A stretch of 64,000 nt of DNA from Gammaproteobacteria bacterium. Its GTDB lineage: Bacteria; Pseudomonadota; Gammaproteobacteria; Ga0077536. A model generated the notes under the pieces. That model saw nothing but the letters and a program-made list of their open reading frames with translations, had not been told where the DNA came from and searched no databases. Below, piece after piece: positions 11,938 to 20,290 of this stretch. A program made the position numbers and the translations under genes. The stretch spans positions 1,088,001 through 1,152,000 of the forward strand of contig CAXXLL010000003.1 in assembly GCA_963662545.2 (NCBI GenBank). The letters are read 5' to 3'. Positions within the stretch are counted from its first letter, which is position 1. Each line of letters begins with the position of its first letter.

Positions 11938-13825
11938 CTTCTGGCACGGCATTGATCAGCACTTTGAGCCGGCGCCGCAAAGGCCGCTGCGTAAACACCG
12001 TTTTCCATGGCAAGCTCCTCCTCACCTGCCGCGCGAGTTGTGCCGCTTCCCGTGTTCTACCGACCCCGAACAAGGCCTCCGCGAAACGCGCCCGGGTGAC
12101 GTAGGAGGCCGTCGTTTTCGAGGCGAGTTCTTCGAGTATTGCAAGCCCGGCGGGCGTATCTCCGAGCACGCGTATGTAATAGATCGCGAGCCATTCGACG
12201 AGCTGCTGCCGCGCGCCGTCCGTCAACGGTGGCCCGCCGAGGATGGCCTCGGTCAGATCCCGCACGACGGCGGGCGCCGGGGTGCAGCGTCCGTAAGCCT
12301 GGCACTTGACGAAATGCTGGAACAATCCGATGCGGACGACATCGCGGTCTTCGGTGCGCAAGGCCGCGAGTACGCGTTCGATCCGCGCACCATCTCCATC
12401 GTCGACTCCCGAACTGATCAAGGCCGTCAAGGCCAGGGTCGGTATCGGCGCGAGTTCCGCCGCCCGTTCCATGGCATCGACACCCGACTTACGGACAACG
12501 CGATCACCATCGGCAGCACCGCGCTCCAGCCGCACCCGTCCGAGCTCGTATTGCGAACGCGCCGATTGCGGGTGATGCAGCACTTCAAACTCGATTCGAA
12601 CGTCCGGGTCCGACCAGATCGACGCGCGGATCGCGGTAACGCTGCCGCACACCGCTATGGCTGCAGCAGCGAGAAGCAGACGGCCGCCTCGCCAGCGCAA
12701 GCGTGCTAGCCATTCGTCCACGGCGGTGACCAACATGAAGATCAACCCGATTGCCGGAAGATAGTTCCGATGTTCGTGCACGAGCTCCAGAGGATAAATG
12801 GTCGATTCCAGCAGATGCCCCACCAGAAACCAGCTGATACCGAACGCCACGTATCGTCGCCGCGTTGCCAACGCCCCCGCCACTAAAGCGGCCAGCGCGG
12901 CGAGCGACAGGAGTGTCGAAGGGGGGTCCAGCAGGCCCCGGGAGAGCCGGATATCGTCGTGAAACAGCGCGAAGCTGGCCAGGTCCGGGATCAGGAGCTG
13001 GCGCAGATAGAACATCAGTACGCGAGCCTCGGTCAGGAGCCGCTCGGCCAGCGAAAAGCTTCGGCCCGCGTATCCGCCGAGCAGCGTATCGGGCGTAAGG
13101 ATCAGGATTACCGCCACCGAGCAGGTGCCGGCAATGACGGCTCCCCGGTAAATGGGTCGCAGCCGGCTTCCCGCCTCAAATCGGAATACCGAGAATTCGA
13201 GGACGAGGACATACAAAGGCAGCAATAGCGCGGTCTCCTTGGTCAACAATCCTAAAGCCCAACTCGCCACGACCGCCAGCCACCAGAATCCCGCAACGCG
13301 ACCGCCCTGAATCTGTCGTACGCGAATCGCCGCATAGAGCACGAGCGCGATCAGCATCCATGTACCGCTGAGGCTCGTCATGCGCTGCACCACGTAGAGT
13401 ACCGAAGTCAGATTGAGCGGATGCACCGCCCACAGAGCCGCGGCCACACAGGCCACCACGGCGCTCGCGGAACGCGAAGACGGGCTAAGTGCCGTGCATA
13501 TCAGCTGCAGCAACAACAATACGAGTACCGCATTGACGACGTGGATCGCGATATTCGTCACTTTGAACGGGACGGGATCGATTCCGGTCAACGTGCGGTT
13601 CGCCGCAAACGACAGCATTGCCACCGGACGCTTGAGGGGGCCTGAGGTCGACGAGAAAGCGGCATCGAGCAAGGTTACGGGCCGGCCAGGATCGATATCG
13701 AGTTCGTCGTTCAGGACGATCGCGAAATAGTCGTCAAAGGCGAAGCCGCCGCCGATACCGGGGACGTAAACGACCGTGGCAAGCATTGCCACGAGGAGAA
13801 AGGGAAGCGCCGGTCTCAGCGCCAC
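11930..13825 (-). CDS. TMTC/TfpW-like GT-C membrane glycosyltransferase with C-terminal TPR-like domain, paralog 1
   Basis: FAFDD, PLKRPVAMLSF, HPLNLTSVLYVVQRMTSL, TKETA, EHRNYLPA; immediately downstream of pilA. Confidence 0.8.
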   Translation of the reverse strand: MALRPALPFLLVAMLATVVYVPGIGGGFAFDDYFAIVLNDELDIDPGRPVTLLDAAFSSTSGPLKRPVAMLSFAANRTLTGIDPVPFKVTNIAIHVVNAVLVLLLLQLICTALSPSSRSASAVVACVAAALWAVHPLNLTSVLYVVQRMTSLSGTWMLIALVLYAAIRVRQIQGGRVAGFWWLAVVASWALGLLTKETALLLPLYVLVLEFSVFRFEAGSRLRPIYRGAVIAGTCSVAVILILTPDTLLGGYAGRSFSLAERLLTEARVLMFYLRQLLIPDLASFALFHDDIRLSRGLLDPPSTLLSLAALAALVAGALATRRRYVAFGISWFLVGHLLESTIYPLELVHEHRNYLPAIGLIFMLVTAVDEWLARLRWRGGRLLLAAAAIAVCGSVTAIRASIWSDPDVRIEFEVLHHPQSARSQYELGRVRLERGAADGDRVVRKSGVDAMERAAELAPIPTLALTALISSGVDDGDGARIERVLAALRTEDRDVVRIGLFQHFVKCQAYGRCTPAPAVVRDLTEAILGGPPLTDGARQQLVEWLAIYYIRVLGDTPAGLAILEELASKTTASYVTRARFAEALFGVGRTREAAQLARQVRRSLPWKTVFTQRPLRRRLKVLINAVPEDA

Positions 13826-13841
13826 TGGCGTTCAGGTTAGT

Positions 13842-13878
13842 AAAAAAAAAGCACGCTGCGTTTCCGCAGCGTGCTTTC
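13842..13878 (-). terminator. rho-independent terminator of pilA
   Basis: AAAGCACGCTGCG-TTTC-CGCAGCGTGCTTT stem followed on the minus strand by a T9 tract. Confidence 0.9.
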
Positions 13879-13898
13879 TATCCAGCTATGCCGCGAAA

Positions 13899-14321
13899 TC
13901 AGCCGCGGCAAGAAGACGGACGATACTTACCTTCGAGGTTGCCGCCCTGCGAGCAGTTCCATACGACCTTGCCGCCACCCGTAGTCGGACGCAGCTCAAG
14001 CGTCGAATTTTGGATCGCAGGTGTCGAGAACGTAATGACGATAGTGCCGTTCGTGTTAATTGCGACGTTATCGACCGAGTTGCCGCTGATATCTTCCGAC
14101 GTAGCAAGACCCGCCTGGGTGTTGTTGGTCGGGATGGTGCCGTTGCTGGCAAAATATTCCGATAAGGCGGTCTTGCCGGCCGACGCGAGGCTCAAGCCTT
14201 CGGTGACCCTGGCGCGAACGATGTAATCCTGATAGGCGGGAATGGCTACCGCGGCCAGGATGCCGATAATCGCGACCACGATCATCAGCTCGATGAGCGT
14301 AAAACCTTGTTGTCTCTTCAT
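13899..14321 (-). CDS. pilA: type IVa major pilin
   Basis: MKRQQG|[27 protein letters not shown] class III signal with E5; C-terminal disulfide (WNC...SCRG); AAGGAG SD upstream of ATG 14321. Confidence 0.96.
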   Translation of the reverse strand: MKRQQGFTLIELMIVVAIIGILAAVAIPAYQDYIVRARVTEGLSLASAGKTALSEYFASNGTIPTNNTQAGLATSEDISGNSVDNVAINTNGTIVITFSTPAIQNSTLELRPTTGGGKVVWNCSQGGNLEGKYRPSSCRG

Positions 14322-14444
14322 GCGAGGTCTCCTTAAAATAAATTCTCTTCGACGTTGTTTGCAGCGGGCCCGCGTTCGGGATCCGCCTCGATTTAAAATC
14401 CAGTGGGGCAGCATTTGTTGCTTATGACCCGTGCGTCGAAGGAA

Positions 14445-14460
14445 AGCAGGTTCCGTGCCA
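14445..14460 (-). promoter_or_regulatory. sigma54 (-24/-12) promoter of pilA
   Basis: Minus strand TGGCACGGAACCTGCT matches TGGCAC-N5-TTGCW with one mismatch; the adjacent pilR is a sigma54 activator. Confidence 0.85.
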
Positions 14461-14558
14461 GCTTTGTCCGATGCGACGAGAAGCGCCTCGCCGCTGCACT
14501 TAAGCGTCCTCCGCTAGCCATGCAAGACGCTAGTTACGGGTGGGATCGAACGCAGAAT

Positions 14559-14584
14559 CGTCAGAAAGTGACGCCTAGCGTCAC
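14559..14584. promoter_or_regulatory. putative PilR enhancer sites
   Basis: Overlapping inverted repeats CGTCA-GAAAG-TGACG and GTGACG-CCTAG-CGTCAC about 100 bp upstream of the -24 box. Confidence 0.55.
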
Positions 14585-14606
14585 CCCCGCGGATTCCCGA
14601 AACCGG

Positions 14607-15938
14607 CTAATGTTTATCGATATCAAGCTTCTGGAGCCGATAGCGCAGTGCCCGAAAGCTGATGCCGAGCTGCTTCGCGGCCCGGGTTTTGTTCCAGCGG
14701 GTTTGTTCGAGGGCCTCGAGGATGCGTTTGCGCTCGACATCGTCGAGATAGCTCTGAAGCTCGCCATCGGCGTCGATCCCCGCCGCCGCGTGCGCCGTCT
14801 GCCCGGCGCCCGGCAGGCGCAGATCCTCGGGCCTGATCGTGTCTTGGTCGCATAGCGTCATCGCGCGTTCCAGGATATTCTCGAGTTCCCTGACATTGCC
14901 GGGAAAACCGTAGGCCTTGAGTGCGGCGTGCGCGCTCGGATCGAGGATCGGCACCGACACGCCGATTTCCTCGCTTCGGACCGAGAGGAAATGGTCGATC
15001 AGCAGCGCGACATCGTCCGGCCGTTCACGCAGCGGCGGAACTGCAATCTCGATGACATTGATGCGGTAATAAAGATCCTGGCGAAACTCCCCGGCATCGA
15101 CCAGCTTGCTGAGATTCTTGTGCGTTGCCGACAGGATGCGGCAGTCGACCGCCATTTCCTCTTCGGCACCGACCGGCCTGATGCGTTTCTCCTGGATCGC
15201 ACGCAATAACTTGACTTGCATATGGATTGGTAATTCCGCAATTTCGTCGAGAAACAGGGTCCCGCCATCGGCCGCTTGAAACAGGCCCTGCTTGTTGGCG
15301 ACGGCGCCGGTGAAACTACCCTTTTTGTGGCCGAACAATTCGCTTTCCATGAGGTCCGTCGGTATCGCTCCGCAGTTCACAGGGACGAAGGCCGCCATCG
15401 CTCGCGGACCTTGTTCGTGGATCAGACGCGCGACTAGTTCCTTGCCGGTTCCCGATTCACCGCCGATGTACACGGGCGCCTGACTGCGGGCGAGCTTCGC
15501 AATCGTTTCCCGGAGTTGTTCAATAGCAGCAGAGTTGCCGATCAAGGCGCGTGAAGGCGAGCGGGGTGATCCGCTGAGTTTGAGTGCCTGGGAGACCAGG
15601 TTGCGGAGGTCCAGGAGATCCACCGGTTTTGTGACGAAATCAAACGCCCCTGATTTGAGCGCTGTTATCGCCGTCTCCATGTTGCCGTGTGCGGTGATGA
15701 CCGCGACCGGCATGTGGGGATACCGTCGTGCCACAAAGGCCACGAGATCGAGACCGTTACCGTCCGGCAGCTTCATGTCGGTCAGACACAAGTCGAACGA
15801 GTTCGATTCCAGAAGTTGCTCGGCCTCGGCAATATCCGCGGCCGCCTCGCAGTCGATATCCATGCGGCCGAGGGTTATCGCGAGCAGTTCGCGAATGTCG
15901 GGTTCGTCGTCGACTATTAAAGCGCGGTGTTCGCTCAT
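14607..15938 (-). CDS. pilR: sigma54-dependent response regulator PilR
   Basis: REC domain, GESGTGKE, GSFTGA, Fis-type HTH ending RYRLQKL. Confidence 0.93.
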   Translation of the reverse strand: MSEHRALIVDDEPDIRELLAITLGRMDIDCEAAADIAEAEQLLESNSFDLCLTDMKLPDGNGLDLVAFVARRYPHMPVAVITAHGNMETAITALKSGAFDFVTKPVDLLDLRNLVSQALKLSGSPRSPSRALIGNSAAIEQLRETIAKLARSQAPVYIGGESGTGKELVARLIHEQGPRAMAAFVPVNCGAIPTDLMESELFGHKKGSFTGAVANKQGLFQAADGGTLFLDEIAELPIHMQVKLLRAIQEKRIRPVGAEEEMAVDCRILSATHKNLSKLVDAGEFRQDLYYRINVIEIAVPPLRERPDDVALLIDHFLSVRSEEIGVSVPILDPSAHAALKAYGFPGNVRELENILERAMTLCDQDTIRPEDLRLPGAGQTAHAAAGIDADGELQSYLDDVERKRILEALEQTRWNKTRAAKQLGISFRALRYRLQKLDIDKH

Positions 15939-17566
15939 ACTTCACCGAATCTCTGCTGCTTGGCAGGCGGTGCGAACATGATTCGGAAACGGCAGCCATG
16001 ATCGCGATTTTCCAACCGCAGCGAAGCCTGGTTGGATTCACACAATTCACGGGCAATATACAGGCCCAGTCCGGTGCCGTTCGCTTCCTGTGTAGCGAAC
16101 GGTTCGAACAGCCGATCGGCGATCGCGTCGTCCAGGCCGGGCCCTGAATCGATGACATCTAGAAACGGCCGGCCATTGGATTTATTGAATCCGGCCTCAA
16201 ACTTCAACCGCGGCGCTGTTTGGGCGTATCTGAGTCCGTTCTCGCACAGGTTCCACATCACTTGATGCAGCTGGCTTTTGTCCATGGTGACAACGACCGT
16301 ATCGTTCAACCAACGGATGTCCAGGTCCTCCTCGCTCAAGTCGAAGCGTTCCTGCAATTCGTCACGGAAATGCTGCAACCACGGCCGCAATTCGAAACTT
16401 TCGGTCACGACGTCCTTGCGGCGCCCGATCATCAGGATGTTTTCTATGATCGAATTAACGCGTTGCGTATGCTCGCTGATGATATCCGTTAGGCGCCGAT
16501 CTTCCGGTAAGATGGCAGGCGATTCGGACAGGAGCTGACCGGCATGGCTGATCGCGCCGAGAGGATTGCGGATTTCGTGCGCAATGCTCGCCGTCAACCT
16601 GCCGAGCGAAGCAAGCTTCAATTGCTGCGCCCTTTGACGCGTTTCGGCGGCGTCCTCCAGAAAAACGAGCGTCCCAAGCTGACCGCGCTTGCCGGGACCG
16701 AGGTCGGTGAACGACACCAGCGCATTGATACTCCCTCTCCCCGTAATGGTGTTTTCCGGATTCTCGCCCGTGCGGAGCCAGGTCCGGTAAGCTTGTTCCA
16801 TCTCTATGGACACATCTCGCAGTTCGCGTCTCAACTCCTCCGTATCACGCCCGAGAATCTCCGCCGCCGCGTCATTCAGTAAGACGACGTTCGACGCTTT
16901 GTCCAGGACCATGATGCCGGCACGCATGCGCCGCACGATGTGCTCGTTCAACAAGGAAAGATTTTCGATATCGATCGCACGTTCTTCCGCGAGCGCCTCG
17001 CTCCGTCGCGCGCGTTCGGCCAGCGCTGATGCGAGTATCGCAGTACCGAAGCAGGCCGCGCCCAGCAGCCCTGCCTGAGTATAGTTGGCGCTCGAATAGT
17101 CGAGATAAACCGCCCCGAAAACGGTCTCCCCGAGAAAGGCGAAGCTGGCGAGCGCACCGAAGAACACTGCGGTGCGCCCGGACGCAAGCACGCACGCCCC
17201 GGCGATGGAAACCAGCATCAGCATACCGATACCGCTCGTCACACCTCCCGCCGCGTGCATCAGCAGCATAATGGCGACGATATCAACCAGGACCATGCCG
17301 TATACCTGGTATCGGTATTCGTATCGTTGTTGTTCGACCACGATCTGAGCAACCGCGGCAAGCCCGACGTAAATCATTGACGTAACCGTGAACAGCCGCG
17401 CGGCGGGATCGGACAGATTGGGCGGCAGCTTTCCGATCATGCTCAGAGCGGCGAAGAGCCCGGATATCACGATCCGATAGAAATTGAAATACCGCAGGGC
17501 ATTCCAATTCGTCTGCTCGACGCGATGCGAAACTTCCGCATAAGCCGCGATCGAGGCGTCCATCAC
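15935..17566 (-). CDS. pilS: sensor histidine kinase PilS
   Basis: N-terminal TM helices (FYRIVI), LASLGRLTASIAHEIRNPL H-box, GTGLGLYIARELCESN. Confidence 0.93.
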   Translation of the reverse strand: MMDASIAAYAEVSHRVEQTNWNALRYFNFYRIVISGLFAALSMIGKLPPNLSDPAARLFTVTSMIYVGLAAVAQIVVEQQRYEYRYQVYGMVLVDIVAIMLLMHAAGGVTSGIGMLMLVSIAGACVLASGRTAVFFGALASFAFLGETVFGAVYLDYSSANYTQAGLLGAACFGTAILASALAERARRSEALAEERAIDIENLSLLNEHIVRRMRAGIMVLDKASNVVLLNDAAAEILGRDTEELRRELRDVSIEMEQAYRTWLRTGENPENTITGRGSINALVSFTDLGPGKRGQLGTLVFLEDAAETRQRAQQLKLASLGRLTASIAHEIRNPLGAISHAGQLLSESPAILPEDRRLTDIISEHTQRVNSIIENILMIGRRKDVVTESFELRPWLQHFRDELQERFDLSEEDLDIRWLNDTVVVTMDKSQLHQVMWNLCENGLRYAQTAPRLKFEAGFNKSNGRPFLDVIDSGPGLDDAIADRLFEPFATQEANGTGLGLYIARELCESNQASLRLENRDHGCRFRIMFAPPAKQQRFGEV

Positions 17567-17787
17567 CTTACCTGATCCTGCGCCGCGTGCGCCGGCGAGC
17601 AGTACGTGCGCCCATCGCGCGTGATGCTCTCGCCGTGCGGAAAATAAACCTCACAATGGGCACAGCGAGCCGTCTTGGCCTCGATGATTCGAGGGCCGTC
17701 AACCGATTTTGTCATCGCTCTCACCTGACGCATGATCGCCACCAGACAAACGAACAAAAGGACGGCAATGATGACTCGAACGAGCAC
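17563..17787 (-). CDS. PP0621 family small membrane-anchored Cys-rich protein
   Basis: N-terminal TM, CAHCEVYFP...YCSPAH motif, directly upstream of pilS. Confidence 0.8.
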   Translation of the reverse strand: MLVRVIIAVLLFVCLVAIMRQVRAMTKSVDGPRIIEAKTARCAHCEVYFPHGESITRDGRTYCSPAHAAQDQVR

Positions 17788-17938
17788 TAGTCAATTCGCT
17801 CTCTTGCAGAAGGGAAGAGTTTTGACAGAAGCTCGAGCGACCATGACAATGCACGCCGGACGCGCCATACTGGAATCCTGAAAATCACGTTCCATTTGCG
17901 CGTATGTTCACCCGTCGCACCGTCTGACTCAAGACTAA

Positions 17939-18100
17939 GGAACCTCTGAATAAGTTATGGTGCGGGTGAATGGTGCATGAAATCGTGCAGATCAACGCAC
18001 GAAGCGCAGGCCATAGCGGGGACTATGGGCAAGATTCATAACGTAAGGCTCCGCGATTTCAAGCGCACGGCAGGTGTGCCATAACTTATTCAGAGGTTCC
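17939..18100. mobile_element. family A 162-bp IS5-like MITE, copy 1
   Basis: Perfect 22-bp TIR GGAACCTCTGAATAAGTTATGG, flanked by a CTAA direct repeat; ungapped match to 35859-36020. Confidence 0.92.
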
Positions 18101-18159
18101 CTAAAGATAATGATGATGGGTTCGCTATGTCGAACGTGCATCGACGATAAGGGGAAAGA

Positions 18160-19326
18160 ATGAATCTTCACGAGTATCAGGCAAAGCAGCTATTTGCCGA
18201 ATACGGCGTACCTGTCGCGCCCGGCGATGTCGCCCACAGCGCCGCCGAAGCGGTTGAACAGGCGCGTAAGCTGGGCGGTGACGCCTGGTTGGTGAAGGCG
18301 CAGGTTCACGCCGGCGGCCGTGGCAAAGCAGGCGGCATCAAGTTCACGAGGAATCTGTCCGAGCTCAAAGATGCCGCTCAATCCCTCATTGGTGCACAAC
18401 TCATTACGTCGCAATCGGCGCCTGACGGACAACCTGTCAACTGCGTTTTGATAGCGGCGGCGGCCGACATTGCACACGAACTATACTTGGGCGCGGTCAT
18501 AGACCGGGCCAGTCGTCGTATCGCCTTTATGGCCTCGCGCTCAGGGGGCATGGATATCGAAGAAGTCGCGGCTACGACGCCCGAGAAGATCGTCACCGTA
18601 ATGGTCGACCCGGTGCTCGGCTTGCAGGATTTTCAATGCCGTACAATCGCATTTGCGCTCGCCATGGACGCGGCTCAGCGCAAGCAATTACGAGCCATTC
18701 TGCATGGACTTTATCGATTGATTAACGAGCGCGATCTAAGCCTCGTTGAGATCAACCCCCTCGCCATCCTGGCCGATGGTTCGCTGTGCGCACTCGACGC
18801 AAAAATCAACGTCGACGACAACGCCTTATATCGGCAGCAAATAGCACAATGGCGGGATGCAAGCCAGGAAGATGATAAGGAAAGGCGTGCAAAGGAATTC
18901 GACCTGAGTTATGTGACGCTCGACGGCAACATCGCCTGCATGGTTAACGGCGCGGGTCTCGCCATGGCAACCATGGACATCATCAAGTTGAGTGGCGCGG
19001 AGCCCGCGAACTTTCTCGACGTGGGTGGCGATACGACGGCGGAACACGTCGCGGAAGCTTTCAAGATCATCGTATCCGACGGCAATGTCGAAGCGATCCT
19101 CGTCAACATCTTCGGTGGGATCGTGCGCTGCGACCTCATTGCCGAAGGCATTATCAACGCGATCAAGGAAGTCGGCGTCAGCGTTCCGGTCGTCGTTCGT
19201 CTAGAAGGAACGAACGTCGATGAGGGCAAGAAACTGCTGGCCGATAGCGGACTTTCGATCACGAGTGCTGATGACCTGGCGGACGCCGCGAAAAAGGCCT
19301 CGGCGGCCGTTGGAGGGAAAAGCTGA
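18160..19326 (+). CDS. sucC: succinyl-CoA synthetase beta subunit
   Basis: [37 protein letters not shown]. Confidence 0.98.
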   Translation: MNLHEYQAKQLFAEYGVPVAPGDVAHSAAEAVEQARKLGGDAWLVKAQVHAGGRGKAGGIKFTRNLSELKDAAQSLIGAQLITSQSAPDGQPVNCVLIAAAADIAHELYLGAVIDRASRRIAFMASRSGGMDIEEVAATTPEKIVTVMVDPVLGLQDFQCRTIAFALAMDAAQRKQLRAILHGLYRLINERDLSLVEINPLAILADGSLCALDAKINVDDNALYRQQIAQWRDASQEDDKERRAKEFDLSYVTLDGNIACMVNGAGLAMATMDIIKLSGAEPANFLDVGGDTTAEHVAEAFKIIVSDGNVEAILVNIFGGIVRCDLIAEGIINAIKEVGVSVPVVVRLEGTNVDEGKKLLADSGLSITSADDLADAAKKASAAVGGKS

Positions 19327-20201
19327 TGTCGATTCTGATCAACAGCAACACGCGTGTTCTCGTGCAGGGGTTCACCGGCAAGCAGGGAACATTTCACGCG
19401 GAGCAAGCGATCGAATACGGCACTAAGATCGTCGGTGGGGTCACGCCCGGGCGCGGCGGCGGCAAACATCTTGATCTGCCGGTGTTCGATACGGTTGCCG
19501 ATGGAGTGCGCGAAACCGGCGCCGATGCGACGATGATCTTCGTACCGCCGCCGTTCGCGGCCGACGCGATCGTCGAAGCGGCAGATGCCGGAATTCGCGT
19601 CATTGCCTGCATCACCGAAGGGATACCTGTGCTCGACATGCTGCGGGTGAAAGCGAGCATCTCGGCGCGCGACGACGTGTATTTCATCGGCCCCAATTGC
19701 CCGGGCGTGATCACGCCCGGCGAATGCAAAATGGGAATCATGCCGGGGGCGATTCACCTGCCCGGGCGTGTGGGAATCGTTTCACGATCCGGCACCTTGA
19801 CCTACGAAGCGGTTCACCAGACTACGATCGCAAACCTGGGTCAGAGCACTTGTATCGGCATCGGAGGAGATCCGATCCACGGTATGAACTTCATCGACTG
19901 CCTGGAACTTTTTCAGCAGGACTCGAAAACCGAGGGGATTATCATGGTCGGTGAGATCGGCGGTTCCGCCGAGGAAGAAGCTGCGATCTTCATCAGTGAA
20001 CACGTGACCAAGCCCGTCGTCGGTTACATCGCCGGGGTCACCGCACCGCCGGGGAAAAGAATGGGTCACGCCGGCGCCATTATCTCGGGCGGCAAGGGTA
20101 CTGCTGACGACAAATTCGCGGCGCTCGAAAAGGCCGGCGTTCACACCGTGCGTTCGCCGGCCGAAATGGGCTTGTCCATGGCCAGGGCCCTCAACGCCTG
20201 A
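19326..20201 (+). CDS. sucD: succinyl-CoA synthetase alpha subunit
   Basis: [24 protein letters not shown]. Confidence 0.98.
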   Translation: MSILINSNTRVLVQGFTGKQGTFHAEQAIEYGTKIVGGVTPGRGGGKHLDLPVFDTVADGVRETGADATMIFVPPPFAADAIVEAADAGIRVIACITEGIPVLDMLRVKASISARDDVYFIGPNCPGVITPGECKMGIMPGAIHLPGRVGIVSRSGTLTYEAVHQTTIANLGQSTCIGIGGDPIHGMNFIDCLELFQQDSKTEGIIMVGEIGGSAEEEAAIFISEHVTKPVVGYIAGVTAPPGKRMGHAGAIISGGKGTADDKFAALEKAGVHTVRSPAEMGLSMARALNA

Positions 20202-20290
20202 ACGCCCGTCACAACTCTCGGTTCTCCCGTGCCGCTCCACCTCTGAACGAATGTGCCCGGATCCCGGGCTGCGATCGCGGCTGACGAGTC

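Noticed and set aside
13899-14321. Possible electrically conductive (e-pilin) pilin
   Set aside because: Full-length pilin with only about 8 aromatic residues in 134 and long aromatic-free gaps
14322-14414. 31-aa N-terminal extension of pilA in the ORF track
   Set aside because: A strong SD and a typical short class III leader place the start at 14321
18909-19757. 282-aa antisense ORF over sucCD, and similar long shadow ORFs (38842-39612, 44790-45536, 51986-52678, 59864-60559, 62572-63210)
   Set aside because: They overlap well-conserved genes on the opposite strand, have no recognisable motifs, and are expected from GC-rich codon bias
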